Source: Spirochaetia bacterium
GTDB lineage: Bacteria > Spirochaetota > Spirochaetia > SZUA-6 > Bin103
Length of the DNA stretch: 64,000 nt
NCBI GenBank assembly: GCA_965208575.1
Contig: CBDBOV010000003.1
Location: forward strand, 672,001 to 736,000
Direction of reading: 5' to 3'
Below, piece after piece: positions 43,613 to 53,382 of this stretch. A program made the position numbers and the translations under genes. Position 1 is the stretch's first letter. The number at the start of each line of letters is the position of its first letter. The notes beneath the pieces were generated by a model, which worked only from the letters and a program-made list of their open reading frames with translations, did no database searches and was not told the DNA's origin.

Positions 43613-44569
43613 GTGCGAGCCTACCTCGTCCGCAGACTGCTGCTGATCATTCCGACTCTCTTCATACTCAGCGCGATGGTGTTCCTGTCCGTGCGCTTCA
43701 TCCCCGGCGACGTCATCGACGCGCTGGAAGGACGCATGAGCTACCTCGCCGAGCCCCTCGACCGCGATGCTATGGAGCGAATACTCGGACTCGACCAACC
43801 GGTGGCCGTTCAGTACGTTCGCTGGCTGTCGGACATCTTCCTGCGCGGCACGCTGGGCAAGTCTCTGCTGGGCAACCTCACCGTGGAGGCGAAGATCTGG
43901 GCTCGTGTCGGGCCGACGCTGCAACTGGGCCTGATGGCGCTGTTCATCGCCCTGGTTGTTGCTCTTCCCGTCGGTGTCTACTCGGCCATCCGCCAGGACA
44001 CCGCGGCAGATTACGCGAGCCGGACGGTCGCCGTTCTGGGGCTGGCAACGCCGAACTTCTGGCTGGCGATCATGGTCATCATCTTCCCTGCGCTGTGGTG
44101 GGACTGGTCGCCGCCCGTACTCATGGTGAGGTTCGTGGATGATCCCTGGAGGAGCCTCGGGATGTTCTTGATCCCGAGCATCATCCTCGGCACCTCTCTC
44201 TCGGCCGGCACCATGCGCTTTACCCGTACGATGATGTTGGAGGTGCTGCGGCAGGATTACGTGCGTACCGCGTGGGCCAAGGGCCTCAGGGAGCGACTGG
44301 TCGTCGTGCGCCACGCCATCAAGAACGCGATGATCCCGGTGGTGTCCGCAATCGGCCTGGGGCTGCCGATCCTGGTGGGCGGCTCGGTCATCATCGAGAA
44401 CATCTACAACATCCCGGGCATGGGCCAGCTGCTCCTGGTGGCGCTGCAGGATCGAGATTACCCGGTCGTCTCGGGCATAAACCTGTTCTTCGGCACCAGC
44501 GTGATCCTGATCAACCTGCTCATCGACCTGATCTATGTCTATCTCGACCCCCGAGTCCGCTACCACTAA
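43613..44569 (+). CDS. OppB/DppB-like permease
   Basis: RAYLVRRLL, PGD, ATPNFWL, DYVRTAWAKGL, RDYPVV, LDPRVRY. Confidence 0.93.
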   Translation: MRAYLVRRLLLIIPTLFILSAMVFLSVRFIPGDVIDALEGRMSYLAEPLDRDAMERILGLDQPVAVQYVRWLSDIFLRGTLGKSLLGNLTVEAKIWARVGPTLQLGLMALFIALVVALPVGVYSAIRQDTAADYASRTVAVLGLATPNFWLAIMVIIFPALWWDWSPPVLMVRFVDDPWRSLGMFLIPSIILGTSLSAGTMRFTRTMMLEVLRQDYVRTAWAKGLRERLVVVRHAIKNAMIPVVSAIGLGLPILVGGSVIIENIYNIPGMGQLLLVALQDRDYPVVSGINLFFGTSVILINLLIDLIYVYLDPRVRYH

Positions 44570-44570
44570 C

Positions 44571-45539
44571 GTGGTAACGAGCAAGCCGGCGACCAGCGGG
44601 CCGGCCACGCGCCGGCGCTCGCCGTTCGTCCTCTTTTTCGGACGACTCATCAAGGAAAAACCGCTCGGCGCGGTCAGCGCGGCCGTCGTCGTGATCCTGG
44701 TCCTGATGAGTGTCTTTGCCGGCGCACTGGCTCCGTACGACATCGAGGACTTCAACGCCAAGGATCGCCTGCAGGGCCCATCCGCTGCGCACCCACTGGG
44801 CACCGACCACCTCGGCCGTGACCTCCTGACTCGGATCCTCTTCGGGGGCCGTCTGTCGCTGTTCGTGGGCCTGAGCGCGACCGCGGTCAACGTTCTTGTG
44901 GCGCTGTTGGTGGGAGGTGTCTCGGGCTACGTCGGCGGGAGGGTCGATATCGTGGTACAACGGTTCGTGGATGCCTGGATGGCGTTCCCGGGGCTACTGC
45001 TGTTGTTGACGATCATGTCCATCGTCGGCCGTGGGGTGCCGCAGGTCATCCTCGTGCTCGGCGTCACCGGCGGCATTGCCGGCTCACGGGTGGTGCGCGG
45101 GGCCGTCATTGGCGTGCGCGAGAACACGTATTTCCAGGCCGCGCAGACCGTCGGCAGCCCGCTCGGCAGGACGGTCGTGCGCCATGTGATACCCAACATC
45201 GCGCCGGTGCTGATCGTCATCTTCAGCATCAACATCGGCGGCGTCATCATCAGCGAGGCATCCTTGAGCTTTCTCGGCTTCGGGCTGCCGATCGAGGTAC
45301 CGAGCTGGGGTGGCCTCCTGAGCCGCGAGGGGCGCACCTTCATGGAGCAGGCGCCACATCTGGCAGTGTGGCCGGGACTGTTTCTCACCATTACGGTATA
45401 CAGCCTGAACAACCTCGGCGACGCCGTACGCGACCTGCTCGATCCGCGGCTCCGGGGAGAAGCGGGACGCTACGAGCGGGTGGCGCCCAAACCGTCGCGA
45501 GCGGTGCGTCCGGCCGACGCACGCTCCGGCAACCCTTGA
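44571..45539 (+). CDS. OppC/DppC-like permease
   Basis: HPLGTDHLGRD, RHVIPN, EASLSFLGFG, GDAVRDLLDP. Start approximate. Confidence 0.92.
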   Translation: MVTSKPATSGPATRRRSPFVLFFGRLIKEKPLGAVSAAVVVILVLMSVFAGALAPYDIEDFNAKDRLQGPSAAHPLGTDHLGRDLLTRILFGGRLSLFVGLSATAVNVLVALLVGGVSGYVGGRVDIVVQRFVDAWMAFPGLLLLLTIMSIVGRGVPQVILVLGVTGGIAGSRVVRGAVIGVRENTYFQAAQTVGSPLGRTVVRHVIPNIAPVLIVIFSINIGGVIISEASLSFLGFGLPIEVPSWGGLLSREGRTFMEQAPHLAVWPGLFLTITVYSLNNLGDAVRDLLDPRLRGEAGRYERVAPKPSRAVRPADARSGNP

Positions 45540-45586
45540 CGACGCGAAACCACGGCATGCGCGTTGATGCTGGCCTGCCGTCTGCT

Positions 45587-46588
45587 TCAGCCGGGATCGA
45601 CGGCGGCGCGCAGGGCGCGCACGTTCGCCTCGGGAACGGCGGCAGCGTAGGTGCAGCCCGTCCCCAACATCCAGCGCGAGCCGGTCATCGCGCCGACGTG
45701 CTCTTGCACCTGCGCCGCCACCTCGTGCGGTGTGCCCTCGCCGAGGAGCGTGCCGTGGGAGACGCCCCCGACCACACACTTGCCGGTCAGGCGCGCCCCC
45801 TCGGCCAGCGACGGGTTGGTTTGGTCCTGACTGTCCCAGTTGAGTGCGGCCACCGGGTAGTCGGCGAAGGCCGCCAGCATGTTGTTGCTGCGGCACACGT
45901 GCAGAAGGTGGAACTCGGCGCCGTCGAGTGCCTGCAGGAAGCGCAGGTCGTAGGGGCGCGCCACCTCGCGGTACTCTGCCTCGCTCCAGGCATCGCGGGT
46001 CGCCCAGCCGGTGGTGGCAAAGAACGTACCGCTGGCCCCGATAGCCAGACATTCGCGGCCGAACTCGATGAAGGTATCCGTGATGCGCTGCAGGGCGTCC
46101 TGCACCCGCCGCGTATCGTGGCGCAGGTAGCGCAACATCGCATCCGGCGATCCCGCCAGCCGCTCGGCAATCGACAACGGAGTGAAAACAGTCATGAGGT
46201 AGGGCACCTGCCCGGCAAGGCCGGCCGCGATGCGCCGCAGCGCCTCCAACTGCTCACCCAGTACGCCGCGCGTAACCTCCAGCGGCTTGACCGCATCCCA
46301 ATCCTCCGCCCGCGTGACCGGCCAGCGCTCGACGCTCGGGCCCTCCGCGTCGCTGTCACTGAAGCGCATCTCTACTCCCCAGTCCTCGACGTGGTAGCTG
46401 GCACGAGGATTCACTTTCATGAAATCCCACTCATATTCGCGCTGAAACCGGAGCATCGCCTCGGCCAGGTCTTCCGCGGTGTTTTCCTGGCTGTAGAAGT
46501 GGCGCCACGCACTGATCGGAGGCCGGTCCACCGACTGCCCGTTCAGCGCCGCCGCTACCCGCTCCCGGTGCGTCATTGGCGCTGCCAT
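45587..46588 (-). CDS. Uroporphyrinogen decarboxylase/MtaA-like (URO-D fold) protein
   Basis: MTHRERV.AAL.G..VDRPP.SAWRHF, TVFTPLS, LLHVC, LGTGC. Confidence 0.85.
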   Translation of the reverse strand: MAAPMTHRERVAAALNGQSVDRPPISAWRHFYSQENTAEDLAEAMLRFQREYEWDFMKVNPRASYHVEDWGVEMRFSDSDAEGPSVERWPVTRAEDWDAVKPLEVTRGVLGEQLEALRRIAAGLAGQVPYLMTVFTPLSIAERLAGSPDAMLRYLRHDTRRVQDALQRITDTFIEFGRECLAIGASGTFFATTGWATRDAWSEAEYREVARPYDLRFLQALDGAEFHLLHVCRSNNMLAAFADYPVAALNWDSQDQTNPSLAEGARLTGKCVVGGVSHGTLLGEGTPHEVAAQVQEHVGAMTGSRWMLGTGCTYAAAVPEANVRALRAAVDPG

Positions 46589-46851
46589 CGACGACCCCCC
46601 TCTCCGACATCTCCGATCAACAATCCGCACCTCCCGCGCATCTCTGAGGTTCCCCTACCATAGCTCATCGGGTCGCACAAAGCGATCACGAGGTGCTGGC
46701 GCGGAACGAGTAGAGGTGGGCGTCCTGGATCTTGCAGAGTGGTCGGATGCGCCTGCCTGCCGGCTCGCGGGCGGAGCGGCCCTCCCGCCAGGTGACCGGG
46801 TGCACGCACAGCTTGTCGCGGTCCGGCATCGACCAGCCTACGGGCATCTCT

Positions 46852-47295
46852 TCAGGCTACCGGTTCGACCACTTCCAATCCCGCCAGGCGGGCGGCCGCA
46901 CACTGGCGGTGGTCGAAGGACACCAAGCCGGTGACGCCCAGGCTGAGCGCCGCGGCGACGTGGAGCAGATCGATGGTCCGCGTACCGACGGTTGTGCTCG
47001 TGGTGCCGGAGAGGCGTTCGGCCTCCTCCTTCACCAGTCGCCAATCGAACGCGCCACGGATCAGCCGGCGCCGGGCAATGTCGCCGGCCAGCATCGCCAT
47101 CGACGCAGTCAGTTGCTCGGCGTCGAGTTCGGAGCGGAAACGCTTCAGGCGCAGCGCATTGCGGATCTCGAGCTCATGCAGGCCATTGACCGTGATCGCC
47201 TCGCCTCGGCGGGCGACGAACGCCGTAACGGCATCGCTCATCTGTTCGCGGACGTAGAGCTTTACCAGTACGCCGGAGTCGTAATACAGGCTCAC
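46852..47295 (-). CDS. vapC: VapC/PIN toxin
   Basis: YYDSGVLVKLY, ELEIRNAL, RTIDLLHVAAA, VSFDHRQ; GTGA overlap with the antitoxin. Confidence 0.88.
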   Translation of the reverse strand: MSLYYDSGVLVKLYVREQMSDAVTAFVARRGEAITVNGLHELEIRNALRLKRFRSELDAEQLTASMAMLAGDIARRRLIRGAFDWRLVKEEAERLSGTTSTTVGTRTIDLLHVAAALSLGVTGLVSFDHRQCAAARLAGLEVVEPVA

Positions 47296-47537
47296 CGTTC
47301 GCCGCGACCATCGGCAATCAGATCCGCGGCTGCGATGCCGCCGACGGGCTCGGGGTAGGCTTGCCGCAGGCGACCCGCGGCGTGGCTCCAGTCCGCGGGC
47401 TGTGCGACCACCCGCAACGGAACGATTCGCGCCACCGGACGGCCGCGCCGCACGATCTCGATCTCCTCGCCGCCTTCGACCTCGGCAAGCACGGCAGCGA
47501 GCCGGTGCTGGATGTGCCGCACGTTGAGCGACTTCAT
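47292..47537 (-). CDS. Phd/YefM antitoxin
   Basis: MKSLNVRHIQHRLAAVLAEVEGGEEIEIVRRGRPVARIVP. Confidence 0.88.
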   Translation of the reverse strand: MKSLNVRHIQHRLAAVLAEVEGGEEIEIVRRGRPVARIVPLRVVAQPADWSHAAGRLRQAYPEPVGGIAAADLIADGRGER

Positions 47538-47674
47538 GTATTACAGAATGCCTAACTTGCCGGTCTTCGTCAACACGACGGGCCGCCGCGGGTGGGAACG
47601 CCGAGTCGTCTTCGCCCACCCCCTGGTCCACCGTCGCCGCGCTGCCCGACTACCTCCGAAAGGAGTCCGCGCCG

Positions 47675-48382
47675 GTGGGGGACAGAGAGGGGCACACCAC
47701 TTCGCTGGCGAAGCGCCACTCGGTCACCGGGCACGGCTGCGCGTCACGGGCGGCGGCGCCGAACAGCGGTGCGCACACCACTTCGCCAGCGAAGTGCCGA
47801 TCCGAAGCCCAACCCGGGCGCAGGCCGCACGCGGTGGCACGGAACGGCACCGGTCCGGCGGTTTCGGCGGCGAAGCGGGACACGGAGGCCGAGCGCGGCG
47901 GCCCGAAGTCCGCGCCGGTGCGGGACACGGTCCGGCGCTCGGAGTCGGCGGCGAAGCGGCTTGCGTACGCCGCCGGGCATGGCGCGGTGGGGCCGGCGGA
48001 GCGTTCGCCGGCAGTGGAGCGGCACCTTGCCGCGTTGCGCAGCCTCGGCGCGGTGCCGGGCTCCCGGTCGCGGTACATCCCGGTAGCGGTGAAGCGGGAG
48101 GTGTGGCGCCGCGACCAGGGTTGTTGCACCTATGTCGACCGCCGCAGCGGGCGGCGCTGCGGCTCCCGCTATCGGCTGGAGATCGACCACATCGTGCCGT
48201 TCGCGCTCGGCGGCGGCGCGGAGCCGCGGAATCTGACGCTCCATTGTCGAGCGCACCACAGGTTGCGCCACGCTCAGCGCCATGCTCACGCCGAGAGTGT
48301 GCCGAATGAAGCCCGGCGCGCTCCGGTCTCCGCGGTCGATCCGAACGAACACGGGCGCACCGTCGGATCGCAGGCGGTGTAA
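47675..48382 (+). pseudogene. HNH endonuclease C-terminal fragment
   Basis: SRYIPVAVKREVWRRDQGCC...RC....LEIDHIVPFALGG...NL.L.C.AHH; only a low-complexity linker upstream and no good start. Confidence 0.7.
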
Positions 48383-48594
48383 GGCCGCGCTCCATCGCGC
48401 CGCCGATCCAGCTCGCCAGTCCCCGGATGTTCGCATCCGTGCCATCGAGCGGGTAGACCATGCTGCAATGACCTGCGTACCGCTTTCCGCGTTCGCACCC
48501 GCCGCCGCCGCAACGCCGCGAGGCGACGGCTTCGGGGCGCTACTTCGCGGGCCAGCAGCCGGCGACGCGGCGCCCACGACACCGGCTTCGGCCG

Positions 48595-48970
48595 CGGCGC
48601 CGCCTACGGCGACTTCGACGGCGACGGCTGCCTGGACCTGTACCTGGTCAACATCGGCGAACTCAAAGGCCGCCCCGGCGTCGCCCGGCTGTTCCACAAC
48701 AACTGCACCACCGCTGGCTCACCCGTGGGCACCCGCGGCAACCGCGACGGCATCGGCGCCACCATCACCATCTCTGCCGCGGGAAGCACGCAACGCCGCA
48801 CCGTCACCGCCGGCAGCCAGATGTCGCAAAACATGCTGGTGGCCCGCTTCGGCCTGGGCACCGCTGAGCACGTGGACACCCTTACCGTACGCCGGCCCAG
48901 CGGCCGGTCAAGCAACCTGAGCAACGTGGCCGCGAACCAGATGCTGATCGTGACCGAGCCCGACGGTTAG
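48595..48970 (+). pseudogene. CRTAC1/ASPIC-UnbV family remnant
   Basis: FG-GAP-like GAAYGDFDGDGCLDLYLVN, then in another frame GTRGNRDGIGATITI...SQN....FGLG....VDTLTVRRPSG...NQMLIVTE. Confidence 0.75.
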
Positions 48971-49911
48971 CGCCTGGCTGTCAGCCGGCGCAGGAAGTCG
49001 GTCTCGTCCCGACACTCTAGCGCGGCTTGCACCAGTGTCGCCGTGGCGACGTCCTGCAGCTCCGCCAAGCGCCGGGGCAAAGCCGCCGACACCGCCAAGG
49101 TGCGGGTGCTGAACACTTGCAGTACCACCGCACGTTGCGCTTCCGCCCGGCTCTCCAAGCGCTCTGCGCGCAGCAACGGATCGTCATCCGGCCCCGTGCC
49201 CTCCGCTGCACCCAGCGTCCGGCCCACCCGGCGCAGCGCCGCCGTGGTGGCGGCCGACAACTCCCGCTCGTTCAACGCCCGGTGAATCTCGTCCGCCGTC
49301 CAGCCCGGGAAGGCCCGGCTGGTCGGAGCCGTGCGGAAACCCCGCTCCTCCAGCAGGTGAATCGTCAGGCCGGGACGCAGTCCCGCCGGACGGCTCGGCG
49401 ACGGCGTGTCAGGCACTTCCACCCACAGTTCCGGGAAGCCCCACGACTCGTACAGGGCGAACTTGCCGCGGCGCACGTCGGTGGTGTTGTCCACCTCCAG
49501 CACCACGCCGGGGAGAACGTCGCTGCCCACCTCGATTGCCGGTCCCCACGGTCGCATCGAGCGCGGGCGCAGGTACACGGTCTGGTCGGCCTGCATGATG
49601 CGCAGGTGCGCACCCTGTGTGTCGCGCACCACGAGGTCGCTCGCCCCGAAGGTCTCGATCGGCGAGCCGCGCACGTGGGCTATCGTCTTGAGCAGCCCCG
49701 CCAGGCGCTGCGGCGGATGTTCGTGGTAGATGCTGACCGGCTCGCACACCATCGCGACCTCGGTGTGGGCGTCCCAGTACTCGATGCGGCCTTCGTAGTC
49801 GGCGATTGCCTCGCGCGAGATACGGACGGGCCGGCAGCCCGGGAACTCCAGCGACTCCGGTTCACTCTCCGGAGCCGGCAGCGGCACCACGCCGACGCTG
49901 TATCGCGCCAT
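48967..49911 (-). CDS. Uma2/DUF820-like endonuclease, copy 2
   Basis: Close paralog of 38317-39312 (EFPGCRPVRISR, VVLEVDNTTDVR, YESWGFPE); has PG in place of PD before VVLEVD. Confidence 0.85.
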   Translation of the reverse strand: MARYSVGVVPLPAPESEPESLEFPGCRPVRISREAIADYEGRIEYWDAHTEVAMVCEPVSIYHEHPPQRLAGLLKTIAHVRGSPIETFGASDLVVRDTQGAHLRIMQADQTVYLRPRSMRPWGPAIEVGSDVLPGVVLEVDNTTDVRRGKFALYESWGFPELWVEVPDTPSPSRPAGLRPGLTIHLLEERGFRTAPTSRAFPGWTADEIHRALNERELSAATTAALRRVGRTLGAAEGTGPDDDPLLRAERLESRAEAQRAVVLQVFSTRTLAVSAALPRRLAELQDVATATLVQAALECRDETDFLRRLTARR

Positions 49912-49939
49912 GGCCCTGATCCTACCACACCGCGGCCCG

Positions 49940-50181
49940 CCGCACGAGAACACGGCGCGAATCCCGTACTCGTGTAGTTTCACGACGGCTTCAAGCATTG
50001 GACGCCCGTCATCGTCGAAATACCCCTGAAGCATCTACAGGATCATCAGTTTGGGATCTGGATCGAGGTACCTGATGACCATCTTGCCGCGGGGGATGTT
50101 CTTCTCGTCGGCCGCTTCAAGCACGCCATCAAGGCTGTCCGCCAGCGCGGCCACCCTTCCGTTGTGAAACGCGACCCACGC
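49940..50181 (-). pseudogene. Remnant of a small two-gene pair (DUF5678-like tail + retropepsin-like protease N-terminus)
   Basis: AWVAFHNGRVAALADSLDGVL...YLDPDPKLMIL-TAG is followed immediately by MLQGYFDDDGRPMLEAVV, cut off at the Uma2 promoter. Confidence 0.45.
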
Positions 50182-50350
50182 GCACCCCCTGGGAGAAGAG
50201 CGTGTCGGTGCCGTTGGCGGTTCGCCTGCCTCAGGGGCGCTGCGGCGGCAGTGTCTGTGACGCGCTGGTGGCGCCGGAGGACCTGTTCCCGACGCTGTGT
50301 GGTCTGTGCGGCATCGACGTGCCGCGGACGGTCAGGGGGGCGCAACCAAG
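50182..50350 (+). pseudogene. Sulfatase C-terminal fragment
   Basis: SVSVPLAVRLP...DALVAPEDLFPTLCGLCGIDVPRTVRG. Confidence 0.6.
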
Positions 50351-50480
50351 CGGAGGTCTGGCTGGGGCATGCCGGCGCGGCCGAGCGGCAGGCACTGTTC
50401 ACCTACTGCATCGCAGGTACTCGGTGGCCGGCTGCATGGTGTCGTTGACTTAGTCAGAACTAAGTCATATCCTGGTGGGA

Positions 50481-50720
50481 GTGAAGACGGCGACTATCCA
50501 TCAGGCGAAGACCCACCTCTCGCGGCTGTTGAAGGAGGTGCAGGCGGGCGAAACCATCGTGATATTGAATGGCTCGACGCCGGTTGCCAGGTTGATCGCC
50601 TTCGAACGTGACGTGAGGCGGCGCCCGCGAGTGGGAACGCGCACCTCCGCGCCGGTGCGGTACTCCGACGACGCATTCCGCCCGCTCAGCGATGAGGATC
50701 TGCGGGAGTGGGGCCTCTGA
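50481..50720 (+). CDS. Phd/YefM antitoxin
   Basis: MKTATIHQAKTHLSRLLKEVQAGE.IVI.....PVARL. Confidence 0.9.
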   Translation: MKTATIHQAKTHLSRLLKEVQAGETIVILNGSTPVARLIAFERDVRRRPRVGTRTSAPVRYSDDAFRPLSDEDLREWGL

Positions 50721-51106
50721 GCCGCTATCTGCTCGACACCTGCACGTTGATCTGGTTGACGACGGAGCCGGAGCGCTTGTCGCCCGCGGCGCGGCAGGCG
50801 ATTGACCGGGCCGATTCCGCGGTGCTGTTCAGCGACGTGTCGGCGTTGGAGATTACGCTCAAGTGGACGGCCGGCAAGATCGTCCTGCCGGATCCGCCGC
50901 GGCAGTGGATTGAATGGCAGGTCGCGCAATGGGATCTCGATTGCCTGAGCCTGACCCGGGACGACATCTACCGCGCCTCCGAGTTGCCCCTGCACCACCG
51001 CGATCCGTTCGACCGCCTGCTGGTCGCCGTGGCCCTCGGCGCCGGCGCGGCGATCCTGACCCCGGACGATGCAATTCACGACTACCCGGTAAGCTACCGG
51101 TGGTGA
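50708..51106 (+). CDS. vapC: VapC/PIN toxin
   Basis: YLLDTCTLIW, SDVSALEITLK, LPLHHRDPFDRLLVA, LTPD. Confidence 0.9.
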   Translation: MGPLSRYLLDTCTLIWLTTEPERLSPAARQAIDRADSAVLFSDVSALEITLKWTAGKIVLPDPPRQWIEWQVAQWDLDCLSLTRDDIYRASELPLHHRDPFDRLLVAVALGAGAAILTPDDAIHDYPVSYRW

Positions 51107-51383
51107 GCGGGGCACCCACCCCGCCCGGCCAGATCGTTCCGGTCCGGCGGCGAAGCCGTAGCCGTCGAGCGGCTTGTTCTCCGCGTCGCGTACCTCTACC
51201 CGGATGCTGCCGTAAGTGCCGTCGTCGCCCGAGTGGTGGCCCGTGATGTCGCGCCGCGGGTCGGCACCAGCAGCTCGCCGCCCGGCCAGGTGACCGGCCT
51301 GGTCCGGAGCGCGCCGGGCTGTTCGCCCGCGTACAGGGAACAAAAGCCGGGTCCTCCGTCAGACGGCTCAGTGCCACCGGCGG

Positions 51384-52340
51384 TCAGGTTTCCTCACGAG
51401 GCGGGCCGTAGTGGGGGATGCCGTAGAGCGCCTTGCGGCGGCGCACGAACTCGCGGTCGCGGACCTGCGCGGCTTCCCCGATGCGGTCAGGGTCGTGGAA
51501 CCATGGGCGGCGCTCGGCCATGCGCGCCTGGATCCGGGCGCGCACCTCTTCGCTCGGTTCCGGCAGCGGGTTGCGGCGGGCCGCGGGGTCGTCCGGCCAG
51601 CGCCAGGAGCCGGAGAGGTCGTAGTGGGCGAATGGGCCCTGGAACGGCATGCGGAACCCGATGGTGCTCTTCACGCCGAGCTCGATATCCTCGGCGGTGG
51701 CCACTCCCTCGGCCCACAGGCGCAACGCCTCGCGCGACAGGGCCGCCGTCAGGCGGTTGATCAGGTAGCCGGGCAGCTCGCGCCGAACCGGAATCGGTAT
51801 CCGCCCGGTGCGCCGCATCAGCTCGCAGATGATCTCGTAGGTTTCGTCGCTGGTGGCGGGCCCCCTCGCCACCTCGACGCCGGGCACGATGTGGGGCGGC
51901 ACGAAGTAGTGGGTCAGCCCGGTGCGGTCCTTGCGCTCGAAGTGCACGGCGATGTCGCTGAGCACCAGGCCGGAGGTGTTGCTGACCACGATGCAGCCGG
52001 GTTTGCACAGCCGGCCCAGGGCGCCGAACAGCTCCTGCTTGTCGGCCAGCCGCTCCACGATCGCCTCGGTAATGAAATCGCTGTGCGCGGCCAGCCGTTC
52101 GAGGTCGGTGGTGGTGGTGATCCGGGTGATCGCCCCGTCGGCCTGCTGCCTGGTGACCAGACCCTCCTCGACGAACAGCTCCAGTGCCGCCTGCACGTTG
52201 GCGAGCGTCCGCTCCAGCAATTCGTCGGTCAGGTCGTAGACCACCGTCGCGTAGCCGGCCAGTGCGAAGTTGGCGGCGATGCCGAACCCCATGGTCCCGC
52301 CCCCGGCAACGCCCACGCGCCGTATGTCCTCTGTCTGCAC
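51384..52340 (-). CDS. 3-hydroxyacyl-CoA dehydrogenase family protein
   Basis: VAGGGTMGFGIA, EAIVERLADK, SNTSG, THYFVPP, PGYLINRL; GAGGAG RBS. Confidence 0.9.
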   Translation of the reverse strand: MQTEDIRRVGVAGGGTMGFGIAANFALAGYATVVYDLTDELLERTLANVQAALELFVEEGLVTRQQADGAITRITTTTDLERLAAHSDFITEAIVERLADKQELFGALGRLCKPGCIVVSNTSGLVLSDIAVHFERKDRTGLTHYFVPPHIVPGVEVARGPATSDETYEIICELMRRTGRIPIPVRRELPGYLINRLTAALSREALRLWAEGVATAEDIELGVKSTIGFRMPFQGPFAHYDLSGSWRWPDDPAARRNPLPEPSEEVRARIQARMAERRPWFHDPDRIGEAAQVRDREFVRRRKALYGIPHYGPPREET

Positions 52341-52475
52341 GCTGTGCTCCTCAACTGCCACCGTACCGCAAGTGGCCCCCGGTGTCGCGGCCCCGCGGCG
52401 ATCCCGGAGGCCGTGGCAAGCAGACGAGCGCCGCGGCTTGACGTTCTCGGTGCAGGGGTGTTTGCTCACGCCGTC

Positions 52476-53306
52476 ATGTCAGGTGCGGTCAAGGACGAAC
52501 GGGTGCGGCGCTTCCATCCGCTCGGAGTGCCGGATCCGAGGGTACTGAGCGCGGCTCAGGTCAGGCAGTTCAACGAGTTGGGCTACCTGTTTCCGCTGCC
52601 GGTGTTCGATGCGCCGGAGGTGGCGGCGCTGCGCGGTTACTGCGACGACCTGTTCGCCAGGGCGGTGGCCGCCGGCCACGGCAGCTACGACATCAACGGC
52701 TGGCACTGCCACTGCGCCGGCCTCTACGACCTGTGCACGGAGGCGCGCATCCTGGACCCGGTGCAGGACCTGCTCGGCGAGGACCTGGTCATGTGGGGCA
52801 CGCACTTCTTTCTCAAGGAGGCGGGCGACGCCAGGCGCGTGAGCTGGCACCAGGACGCCTCCTACTGGCCGCTGTCCCCGAGCAAGACGGTCACCGTGTG
52901 GCTGGCGATCGACGACGCCGACGCCGGCAACGGCGCCATGCGGGTGATTCCGCGTTCGCACGTGAACGCCCAGCTCGCTTACCGGCACAGCACCGAGGCA
53001 GAGAACAACGTGCTGTCGCAGACCACCCTGGCGGCGGAGGAACAGGGCGACCCGCCGGTGACCATCGCGCTGCGCGCCGGCCAGATGTCGCTGCACACCG
53101 ACTGGCTCATCCACGGCTCGGACCCCAACCGCTCCGCGCGCCGCCGCTGCGGCCTGACCTTGCGCTTCACCTCTGCCGACGTGCGCGCCCTGGACCCGAG
53201 CTGGGCCTCCCGCAGCATCATCTGCCGCGGGCGTGACGCCGCCGGCCACTGGGCCGACATTCCCCGCCCCGCCGGCGAACGCATCCCGGCGCCGCGCCGC
53301 CGTTAA
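52476..53306 (+). CDS. Phytanoyl-CoA dioxygenase (PhyH) family Fe/2OG enzyme
   Basis: WHQD, VTVWLAIDD, NGAMRVIPRSH, IHGS.PN...RR. Confidence 0.9.
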   Translation: MSGAVKDERVRRFHPLGVPDPRVLSAAQVRQFNELGYLFPLPVFDAPEVAALRGYCDDLFARAVAAGHGSYDINGWHCHCAGLYDLCTEARILDPVQDLLGEDLVMWGTHFFLKEAGDARRVSWHQDASYWPLSPSKTVTVWLAIDDADAGNGAMRVIPRSHVNAQLAYRHSTEAENNVLSQTTLAAEEQGDPPVTIALRAGQMSLHTDWLIHGSDPNRSARRRCGLTLRFTSADVRALDPSWASRSIICRGRDAAGHWADIPRPAGERIPAPRRR

Positions 53307-53382
53307 CCGCCGACCGCCGAGCAGATGTCCGGCCACCGTGGTAGAGTGAACTGCCGCCAGCCGGCGGTGAAGGGGACCACGC

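Noticed and set aside
48967-50034. 355-aa Uma2 with an N-terminal extension
   Set aside because: The paralog and the leaderless promoter place the start at 49911; the extension is a stub of another gene that happens to be in frame.
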